This document shows, one piece after another, positions 49,311-56,095 of a stretch of DNA of 60,645 bases. Below the pieces are notes generated by a model. It was not told the origin of the DNA and ran no database searches. It saw nothing but the letters and a program-made list of their open reading frames with translations. Position numbers and translations under genes: made by a program. Origin of the DNA: Clostridia bacterium (GTDB lineage: Bacteria; Bacillota; Clostridia; UBA1381); assembly GCA_900751685.1 (NCBI GenBank), contig CAADSR010000257.1, positions 1 to 60,645 of the forward strand. Reading direction: 5' to 3'. Within the stretch, counting starts at the first letter, position 1; each line of letters starts with the position of its first letter.

Positions 49311-50795
49311 TTACATAGATAAAGATTGCCGGTATTCTGTGGCTAACATTGTTTTGTTGAATTCTGCAGTTTTATCTATCTCCTGGACAAGAGTTTCTAA
49401 ATCATCAATATTGACATTAAAAAATTCTTTTCTTAAATTAACTTTGTTTGTTCTTTTATCATTGAGGCGATTATGTAACTCATTTTCCAGGTCTACAGCA
49501 TTTTCAGAAAAGATAAAGCTATGAACATCAAATGTAAAGGGAACAGATGCACTTCCTAGTTCCTTTATACGATCCATTGGATCCAGTCTTCTGGTCATGC
49601 CAATTTTAAAGATAGAATCACCAAAAGATCCTAGATTACTGATAACATAAACATAACCAGCTTTTCCATTTTGTAATTTAGTAATTTCTTCTTTTTTCTC
49701 TTCCACCAAAGATAGTTGTTGTTGAAGTTCCGCTATTTTACTTTGTAGGTCAAGAAGAAGAGTATCGTCAGTGCAACTTTTAATTTGCTGTTGAATTTCA
49801 TCAATTCGATTGATGTATTTTTTTTCTTCTGCTTCAACTTGCTTTTTTTGTTGTTCTAAAGCTTTACGTTCTTCTGCTTCTTGCCGCATTTGATCCCGTA
49901 ATGCTTGTTGTTCTGCACGTTCTTTTTCCTTCTTTATGTAATACTCATATTCTATCTGAATAGCTTTTTCAAATAGGAGTTCTATTTCAGAAATAAAGTT
50001 ATTCAAAGTTGGTGCAATAGACTGATTCCCATCAGAAGCAATTTGAATATATTTTCCAATCATATTTTTAAAGCTTTCCATACATTTATCAAAAGTCGTA
50101 AATTTTAATCCTGTGAGAATATTTTGTAATTCTGCACGTAAGGCAATTACCATCAATTGATAAATGGCACGGTTTGATTTTGTTGTATATCGTTTTTCAT
50201 ATCGTTTCAGTACATCTTCAATAATTTTATTATTTTCTCTATTCAGAGTTCTCAGTTCTTTGATATCCATGGAATGAAGTGGAAGCTCTAGAGAGGGGGT
50301 AAGTTGTTCTAGATCAGTTTCTTCCTCTGAAGTTAATTGTAAGATATTTGAAGGTGTTGTACTAATAAGAGAATAGTCATTTACAATAGTTTGAATTTTT
50401 TTATAAAGAGCTTTACAAATTTTTAATTTATTTTTACCTAGCTCAATTTTTAGTTGTTGGCTCTTATATTCTTTTTGAGCATCCTCAAATTGAAGTTTTG
50501 TCGCCTCACATTTTAGTCGGAATTCCTCTGTTTTATTTTTATAAGAATCTATGAGCTTATCTATTTCTAGTTGAGTTTTTTCTAATTCCGAGTCGCGTTC
50601 TGCAACAATAGAAGACTTCTTTTCATTAATCTGATCAATTTGAATTTTGGTGATTTCGAGTTCTTTCTTTAAATTTTCTAATGCCTGTTTGGTAGAGAGT
50701 ATATATTCTTCTACGTGTTTTAATTCATCTTGTTTTTTTTCAATATCCTTCTCGATATTAAACAAGATTTTTAAACGTTCCCAAAAATTAAACAT
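49311..50795 (-). CDS. DUF4041-like coiled-coil protein with C-terminal T5orf172/MUG113 (GIY-YIG superfamily) domain
   Basis: About 380 aa of Lys/Glu-rich coiled coil, then GYVYVISNLGSFGDSIFKIGMTRRLDPMDRIKELGSASVPFTFDVH...LENELHNRL, which is T5orf172-like. Start at 50795 behind the SD AGGAGG. Confidence 0.7.
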   Translation of the reverse strand: MFNFWERLKILFNIEKDIEKKQDELKHVEEYILSTKQALENLKKELEITKIQIDQINEKKSSIVAERDSELEKTQLEIDKLIDSYKNKTEEFRLKCEATKLQFEDAQKEYKSQQLKIELGKNKLKICKALYKKIQTIVNDYSLISTTPSNILQLTSEEETDLEQLTPSLELPLHSMDIKELRTLNRENNKIIEDVLKRYEKRYTTKSNRAIYQLMVIALRAELQNILTGLKFTTFDKCMESFKNMIGKYIQIASDGNQSIAPTLNNFISEIELLFEKAIQIEYEYYIKKEKERAEQQALRDQMRQEAEERKALEQQKKQVEAEEKKYINRIDEIQQQIKSCTDDTLLLDLQSKIAELQQQLSLVEEKKEEITKLQNGKAGYVYVISNLGSFGDSIFKIGMTRRLDPMDRIKELGSASVPFTFDVHSFIFSENAVDLENELHNRLNDKRTNKVNLRKEFFNVNIDDLETLVQEIDKTAEFNKTMLATEYRQSLSM

Positions 50796-50812
50796 GCCAT
50801 TCCTCCTAAATA

Positions 50813-50840
50813 TTGACAAAATTTTCTGTTGTGTTATAAT
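50813..50840 (+). promoter_or_regulatory. Near-consensus extended -10 promoter pointing rightward, against the flanking genes
   Basis: TTGACA (50813-50818), 16-nt spacer, TGTTATAAT (50832-50840). Confidence 0.6.
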
Positions 50841-50846
50841 ATTTAT

Positions 50847-50922
50847 AGGAGATAATTGGATGGATTTGATAATTGCTCCTAAGTCTACAGATACTTGCAC
50901 TATCTGTAGACTTTTTTATTTT
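50847..50922 (+). ncRNA. Candidate ~75-nt antisense sRNA between the lipoprotein and DUF4041 genes
   Basis: Predicted start about 6-7 nt after the -10 element. It ends in a 12-bp perfect hairpin AGTCTACAGATA/TATCTGTAGACT (50882-50912) plus TTTTTTATTTT on the + strand only. It contains the direct repeat GATAATTG twice. Confidence 0.5.
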
Positions 50923-51838
50923 AATAAAAGTCGGTTAGACTCATTTCAGCGGGTGAAGTGGTATCATCACCTTCAACAATTCCATAGAAGTTATAAGTGT
51001 CCCCAATATCAAACTTGTGGGGAATGGTAGAATATCTTGAATGAATCTCATACTCATTTTTATCATCATCTACTACAATAAAACTTTGACCTCCATAGGA
51101 GGGGGAGCTTGATAAAGTCATGGTTTTTACCCTACCATGTACGATGTTTTTCATTCCATTATTCATAATCCCATTCTTTGCTGTATCGTAATCCAGCTTA
51201 GAATATTCAGAACGTTCCTGTTCAGACATTTTGACGTTATCTTTGCAGATGACATAACAATAATAGTGAGGTTTGTTAAAAATATTATCATAATCACCTA
51301 CAGTGTATACATAAAAATCACCACTATCAAAAACATCACTGATGGAAACGGTGGAAAATGAATTAGAAAGCTTCTGGCTATTATTCTTAGCCGTTTCAAT
51401 ATCCATTGTTTCATCCGTTACCATAAAGGTAGCAGCAAAAACCTCTTTTAATAGAGAAACATTATCAGTATTAAATTCTATTGTCCAGTGCTTCTGATGA
51501 GGTCGGTCTGTATCTGCGAAAAAGCGGATGATATAGTCATTAATATTCAGTTTTATGGATTTATAATTATCAACTATAGAAACCATAGAATCAATAGTTG
51601 CAGACGAGTTTAGCTCTTTCAATGCAGAGACATATTTTTGATATGCCACAGCCATATATTCTGGAATAAGAGAGGTATTGTTAATAATATCTTTCATAAA
51701 ATACTTTGTTTGATTACCGGATCTTTCTGTATACAAAGTAGGGGTTAATGTGGGCGAAGGTGTTACATTAACAGAGCGATTGTTGCTGCATGAAGTAATT
51801 AACACACACACGATTAATAGTATAAATATTTTTTTCAT
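50921..51838 (-). CDS. Lipoprotein of unknown function
   Basis: MKKIFILLIVCVLITSCSNN lipobox. Start at 51838 behind the SD AAGGTGG, 20 nt after the ImmA-like stop. Confidence 0.65.
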   Translation of the reverse strand: MKKIFILLIVCVLITSCSNNRSVNVTPSPTLTPTLYTERSGNQTKYFMKDIINNTSLIPEYMAVAYQKYVSALKELNSSATIDSMVSIVDNYKSIKLNINDYIIRFFADTDRPHQKHWTIEFNTDNVSLLKEVFAATFMVTDETMDIETAKNNSQKLSNSFSTVSISDVFDSGDFYVYTVGDYDNIFNKPHYYCYVICKDNVKMSEQERSEYSKLDYDTAKNGIMNNGMKNIVHGRVKTMTLSSSPSYGGQSFIVVDDDKNEYEIHSRYSTIPHKFDIGDTYNFYGIVEGDDTTSPAEMSLTDFY

Positions 51839-51858
51839 TATTAGTTGCCACCTTAAAT

Positions 51859-52296
51859 TTATAAACATTGAATTCGTTTTTCGATAATTCTTTTATCTAT
51901 ACCGGTGATGCTGACAATTTGTTGCTTAGAAAATTGATTGTTAATATAATTTTTTAAATCAAAATCATCCAATAGCATATAACTGGCAAGTAAATTTGCT
52001 TCATTTTCATATTCGTTCGTTGCAATGTATGTATGCCTGTCTAAAAATATGCGATTCATTTTTGCGTGTAGAAAAGCATGGGAAAGCTCATGAGCCAGGG
52101 TTTGCAACCTGTCATGTGTATTTAATTTTTCATTCAAGTAAATAATTTTTATCCGTTTATAGTGCTGAAAGAATCCATGTGTTCCATTGGGGAGCGGTGT
52201 ATCTATAATAATAATATCCATTGCTTCAGCAAGCTCGTATGGATTTAAAGTTTTAAATCTATATTTTATTATTTTAGCTTTTTTGGCAATATCCAT
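51859..52296 (-). CDS. ImmA/IrrE-family metallopeptidase
   Basis: HEXXH motif in LAHELSHAFLH. 145 aa, immediately downstream of the XRE repressor gene. Confidence 0.8.
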   Translation of the reverse strand: MDIAKKAKIIKYRFKTLNPYELAEAMDIIIIDTPLPNGTHGFFQHYKRIKIIYLNEKLNTHDRLQTLAHELSHAFLHAKMNRIFLDRHTYIATNEYENEANLLASYMLLDDFDLKNYINNQFSKQQIVSITGIDKRIIEKRIQCL

Positions 52297-52310
52297 ATAT
52301 TTGTACCACC

Positions 52311-52718
52311 TTATTTTTTATATTTATTAGGTGTATATTTCTCCTTCGCTTTTTCTTTTGCCATAGCCAGTCCAATGCGCATAGCAGATTTTATTTGCTC
52401 TAATTCGTCCTTAGTAGCTGGGACACCATCAAACATTAACCCTTCCTGCTTTTCTAAGTCTGAAAACGTGTTTTCTAAAATAGTTTCAATTTCTCTTTCT
52501 TCTTTATTAATAGAATCTGCTGTAGTTTTGTCTGTACGCTCTAAAAGATAGTCAATAGAAACATCAAAAAAATCAGCTATTTTTTTGAGCATTTCATAAT
52601 CAGGTTGACGTTTGCCTGTTTCATATAAAGAAACAGAACTTTCTGCCACTCCTATTAACTCACCAAATTCTTTCATAGATAAGTCACGTTGGTGTCGCAA
52701 TTCTCTTAATCGAAACAT
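52311..52718 (-). CDS. XRE-family HTH repressor (CI/ImmR-like)
   Basis: LRELRHQRDLSMKEFGELIGVAESSVSLYETGKRQPDYEMLKKIADFFDVSIDYLL is a classic XRE HTH, followed by a C-terminal extension. Confidence 0.85.
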   Translation of the reverse strand: MFRLRELRHQRDLSMKEFGELIGVAESSVSLYETGKRQPDYEMLKKIADFFDVSIDYLLERTDKTTADSINKEEREIETILENTFSDLEKQEGLMFDGVPATKDELEQIKSAMRIGLAMAKEKAKEKYTPNKYKK

Positions 52719-52740
52719 TTGTATTCACCTCTTGAATACA

Positions 52741-52876
52741 TTGTACTCTTTGCAATACGCAAAGTAAATACAACTTTGCGAAATGTAAAGAAAAATAAAA
52801 AATATACTTGACAAATTGCAAAGGTAGTGTTATTATTTAAATATACTTGACGAAATGCAAAGGTGGTGAAAAGATG
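52741..52876. promoter_or_regulatory. Divergent-promoter genetic switch with four 17-bp operator-like sites
   Basis: Sites CTTTGC-N5-GCAAAG (52749-52765), CTTTGC-N5-GTAAAG (52775-52791), CTTGAC-N5-GCAAAG (52808-52824) and CTTGAC-N5-GCAAAG (52847-52863). Rightward promoter TTGACA-17-TATTAT (52809-52837). Leftward promoter TTTACT-17-TACAAT (52769-52741). Confidence 0.6.
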
Positions 52877-53083
52877 AGACAATGGTTAAAAGAGTTGCGC
52901 CTCACAAAAAAAACAACTCAACAGGAATTGGCTAATGAACTTGACGTATCGTTAAGCTATTACAATCAAATTGAAAATGGTGAGCGTCAGAAAAATTTAG
53001 ATTTATCATTGGCAGCAAAATTATCAGAATTATTTGAGATTCCTATTGAATGGATTATCCAGCAGGAAAGTAAATTAGCATAG
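52874..53083 (+). CDS. XRE-family HTH protein (Cro-like)
   Basis: MRQWLKELRLTKKTTQQELANELDVSLSYYNQIENGER. Divergent from the repressor gene. Start at 52874. Confidence 0.8.
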   Translation: MRQWLKELRLTKKTTQQELANELDVSLSYYNQIENGERQKNLDLSLAAKLSELFEIPIEWIIQQESKLA

Positions 53084-53157
53084 AAAAAAGAGGCATAATG
53101 AAAGCCAATCACAGACATCTTTTATACAACGATTACAACAGAAAGGTATAAATAACA

Positions 53158-53334
53158 ATGAAACATTCAATTATGTTTGAAGTGAAAGAGACGGGTAAAA
53201 CAATTGTGATTTGTTCCAAATGTTTTGATGAAGAAAAAGAATTAGATGTAGCAATACTTGATAATTCAACAAAAGGATATCACATGATAGATATTGACAT
53301 ATTGCAGCAGGAAGAAAGCAACAGGCGGCATTGA
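53158..53334 (+). CDS. Hypothetical small protein (58 aa)
   Basis: Open frame MKHSIMFEVKETGKTIVICSKCFDEEKELD... with a weak SD. Below the track cutoff. Confidence 0.25.
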   Translation: MKHSIMFEVKETGKTIVICSKCFDEEKELDVAILDNSTKGYHMIDIDILQQEESNRRH

Positions 53335-53356
53335 ATGATTCAATACCGCCAATGGA

Positions 53357-53585
53357 TTATAAAATATCCACATAAAGAAAGCAATCTACATCAAAATCAG
53401 CTCGGACAATATGAATATCACCATGATCTTCTAAATACTCAAGACACATTTTAAATATCTGATAGTTATTATCAAAATATGTTTTGTATTTTTTTAAAGA
53501 GTTCATTACACATAATACTCTGTGTTTCTTCCTGATGTAGTTTATGTAATATGTGGTTATACAATGATATTAAATTATCATTCAT
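53357..53585 (-). pseudogene. Small ORF split by a 1-nt frameshift in an A7 run
   Basis: Good SD (AAGGGGG) and ATG at 53585. 30 codons are followed by A7 (53489-53495), then 43 further codons are open in the adjacent frame to the stop at 53357. Six A residues would give one 75-aa ORF. Confidence 0.4.
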
Positions 53586-53661
53586 AAAAGTGCCCCCTTT
53601 CTATTGCTAGTATATCACAAATTAGCGACATGGTAAATAAATATAAAAGGGAGAATTTAAG

Positions 53662-53904
53662 ATGAACAAAGAAATCAATCAGATAAAAAAAGATCAGACA
53701 GTGATCTTATTTTGTATGTTAATGCAATTTTTAATGATGTTTTTTCAAACAGTAAAAATGAATGTGTTAATTACTAAAATTATGGTTTGGAATAGAGTTT
53801 TTATTGACTTTGAAAAGCAAGTTGCTACATTAATTATGCAGCTTAATAATTTTATCGGTTCACAAAATACAGTTTTGGAAGCAGTCAGCAAATTTATTAA
53901 TTAA
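53662..53904 (+). CDS. Hypothetical protein (80 aa)
   Basis: SD AAGGGAG upstream. AT-rich, with no recognisable motif. Confidence 0.4.
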   Translation: MNKEINQIKKDQTVILFCMLMQFLMMFFQTVKMNVLITKIMVWNRVFIDFEKQVATLIMQLNNFIGSQNTVLEAVSKFIN

Positions 53905-53968
53905 GTCCTTTTGTGTTGCATAGGACAAATTTTAGAATACATAAGTTATAGGATGGAGGTGTAATAGC

Positions 53969-54199
53969 ATGGGGAAGAAAGCAAAAAGTAATGAATTGCG
54001 GGGAGGTGCGTATTTCCAGATTTCAGATAAGATAGATGAAAATGCAGCTACATATCGGGATAGGATAGCCCCATCATTAATCACGGCGGAGGAATACTTT
54101 GCAACTGTAGAGCCGCAGGAAGAATGGCAAAAGCGTTGTGAGGAGCGCGCCCTGTCAGGCTATTACGGTGTCCCGGTGGAGGTCACTATTGTGAAATAG
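53969..54199 (+). CDS. Hypothetical protein (76 aa)
   Basis: SD GGAGG upstream, followed by a terminator. Confidence 0.5.
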   Translation: MGKKAKSNELRGGAYFQISDKIDENAATYRDRIAPSLITAEEYFATVEPQEEWQKRCEERALSGYYGVPVEVTIVK

Positions 54200-54210
54200 T
54201 AATCAAAAAG

Positions 54211-54234
54211 AGCAGGCTTTATCTGCCTGCTTTT
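54211..54234 (+). terminator. Rho-independent terminator
   Basis: AGCAGGC/GCCTGCT stem followed by TTTTG. Confidence 0.6.
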
Positions 54235-54286
54235 GAGAATAAATTGGACAAGCATGACAAGTATAAATTTTAAGGAGGAAATAAAA

Positions 54287-54535
54287 ATGAAAGCAACAGG
54301 AATCGTGAGAAAAGTAGATGAACTTGGAAGAATCGTGTTACCTATGGAGCTGCGGAGAAGCTTCAATATTGAGGAAAAGGACGCTTTGGAAGTATATACG
54401 GAAGGTGAGAAGATCATCTTGAAAAAGTATGAGCCTGCATGTATCTTCTGCGGGGATTTAAACGATGTGTTCACCTTTGGCGGGAAAAACATTTGCCCAG
54501 AGTGTGCAAAGCGCATAGGGGGAATTACAAAATGA
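54287..54535 (+). CDS. AbrB/SpoVT-family DNA-binding protein with C-terminal zinc-ribbon-like Cys pairs
   Basis: MKATGIVRKVDELGRIVLPMELRRSFNIEEKDALEVY is a swapped-hairpin AbrB domain. The C-terminus has CIFCG...CPEC. SD AAGGAGG. Confidence 0.85.
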   Translation: MKATGIVRKVDELGRIVLPMELRRSFNIEEKDALEVYTEGEKIILKKYEPACIFCGDLNDVFTFGGKNICPECAKRIGGITK

Positions 54536-54801
54536 ATGCAATTGCATTAAGATACTGGATCAAGTCTAAAAAAAGAAAGCGTCAAAAAATCAGTGTCAAG
54601 TGGTTATACATATGGACCGTAGTTCTAGGAGCGGCATCTATTCCTTGGGCGGCTTGGTCTGCGTACCAATGGAGAGGATACAAAGCAGTAGGCGGTGAGC
54701 TATTGATTCCGGCAGTGGCGCTGATGATCATGGTGTTTATCCAGCAAGTGATACGCATAAAAAAATCCGCACCGGCGGCAACCGATGCGGAAACAAGATA
54801 A
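54532..54801 (+). CDS. Small membrane protein (2 TM)
   Basis: ATGA overlap with the AbrB-like stop. Basic N-terminus, then two hydrophobic helices. Confidence 0.5.
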   Translation: MNAIALRYWIKSKKRKRQKISVKWLYIWTVVLGAASIPWAAWSAYQWRGYKAVGGELLIPAVALMIMVFIQQVIRIKKSAPAATDAETR

Positions 54802-54859
54802 ATACATTAAAAAAATATTTACAATACGATTATATTACAAATAGAGGGGAGTGTCAAGT

Positions 54860-54982
54860 ATGCCTTATTATACACAATGCCCCCAATGCGGAGCAAATTT
54901 GGATCCGGGTGAACGGTGTGAGGCCTGCAATCAAGAGCAGGAAACGGCACCAGAGACGAAGGATCACAAGAAGACCGCATAA
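54860..54982 (+). CDS. Small zinc-ribbon protein (40 aa)
   Basis: MPYYTQCPQCGANLDPGERCEACN... SD GAGGGGAG. Followed by two terminators. Below the track cutoff. Confidence 0.45.
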   Translation: MPYYTQCPQCGANLDPGERCEACNQEQETAPETKDHKKTA

Positions 54983-54985
54983 AAA

Positions 54986-55014
54986 GGAGCGGTTTAGAAA
55001 AACCGCTCCTTTTT
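54986..55014 (+). terminator. Rho-independent terminator (first of a tandem pair)
   Basis: 10-bp stem GGAGCGGTTT/AAACCGCTCC, loop AGAA, T-run. Confidence 0.8.
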
Positions 55015-55023
55015 GCACAAAAA

Positions 55024-55052
55024 AATAACAGCTTGGCCGAGCTGTTATTTTA
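55024..55052 (+). terminator. Rho-independent terminator (second of a tandem pair)
   Basis: 10-bp stem AATAACAGCT/AGCTGTTATT, loop TGGCCG, T-run. Confidence 0.7.
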
Positions 55053-55166
55053 ATAGGATGTAGATGTAATGATCTCTACAAATGCTAGTGTTATTATATC
55101 ACATCCGAAGAAAAAATACAAGTCAAATACAAAAGAAAAAAACCTTGATTTTCAGGGCTTTAGGGC

Positions 55167-55910
55167 TTGTTAAAGGAATTAAATCTAGTGACAGGGTGGG
55201 GTGATATATTGCCATACATAAAGCAAACTGTTAGAGCGGGAAATACGATATTTACATATAAGTATTTTAGTTTAAGATACGGACTAAGGAACATTGCCCG
55301 TGGGCCGAATGAGGGGAGATATACAGAGTACCAGAAAAAGATCAATGAGAATCTCCGGAATAAGAAGCTGATATGGTATTTGTGTGAGAACTTTTCAAAA
55401 GGGGACTGGTGGATCACACTGAACTACCGCAGAGGGGAAAGGCCAGAGGATATTATTCGTGCAGAGAGTAATCTCAAAAAAGTATTAGCAAAGCTACGGA
55501 GGCAATTAAAAAAGCAAGGAATAGCGTTTTCCTACATGGCTATGACAGAACAAGGCAAAAAAGGCGGGTTACATCATCATATCGTGATACGGAATAATTT
55601 TGACGTCGGAATGATAATCAAAAATAAGATGTGGCCCCATGGAAAGGTAATAATAGATGATATCTATACAGAGTCGTTATGTGATCTGGCGGATTATTTT
55701 GTAAAGGGAGATTCAAAGGAGAGTGAAAAGCGGTATACCAGGAGCAGGAACCTCCGGCCGCCTAAGATCAAGAAGACCGTAGTACCCGCAAAAGGATGGG
55801 CGAAAGCGCCAAAGCCAAAGAAGGGATACGACATAGCACATCAATATAATGGATTCCATGACTTTTCAGGATATCCATACCAGGAATATACGCAAGTTAG
55901 GAGATGTTGA
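55167..55910 (+). CDS. HUH-type rolling-circle replication initiator / relaxase-like protein
   Basis: Three ordered motifs: WWITLNY (motif 1), GLHHHIVI (HUH) and LADYFVKG (catalytic Tyr context). The start codon is uncertain (TTG at 55167 or GTG at 55188). Confidence 0.6.
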   Translation: MLKELNLVTGWGDILPYIKQTVRAGNTIFTYKYFSLRYGLRNIARGPNEGRYTEYQKKINENLRNKKLIWYLCENFSKGDWWITLNYRRGERPEDIIRAESNLKKVLAKLRRQLKKQGIAFSYMAMTEQGKKGGLHHHIVIRNNFDVGMIIKNKMWPHGKVIIDDIYTESLCDLADYFVKGDSKESEKRYTRSRNLRPPKIKKTVVPAKGWAKAPKPKKGYDIAHQYNGFHDFSGYPYQEYTQVRRC

Positions 55911-55912
55911 AG

Positions 55913-56095
55913 ATGAATGAGTATTATGAGTGCGCCGGGTGTGAACGGGAAAAGCTTCCTTGTGTCATCCGGATCTGTGGGAATGGAAAGAATGCAACAG
56001 AAGCGGATAGAAGGGCATATGAGAAGTGTATCATGCTAAACAGAGTGAACCAATGTAAAACAGGAGGTAAAAATGAATCGAATGTCGGTAGATGA
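55913..56095 (+). CDS. Hypothetical Cys-rich small protein
   Basis: MNEYYECAGCEREKLPCVIRICG... It overlaps both neighbouring genes in operon fashion. Confidence 0.4.
   Translation: MNEYYECAGCEREKLPCVIRICGNGKNATEADRRAYEKCIMLNRVNQCKTGGKNESNVGR

Noticed and set aside
50860-51030. Possible peptide (MDLIIAPKSTDTCTICRLFYF...) inside the candidate sRNA, with AGGAG 8 nt upstream of the ATG
   Set aside because: The strong + strand terminator (50882-50918) would end the transcript after about 20 codons, well before the stop at 51030. The peptide is not hydrophobic like type I toxins. I keep it only as a caveat to the ncRNA call.
52842-52876. Second copy of the TTGAC-containing repeat as a second rightward promoter
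   Set aside because: With a 17-nt spacer, its -10 position falls on AAAGAT, which overlaps the start codon at 52874. I therefore treat it as an operator-bearing duplication, not a promoter.
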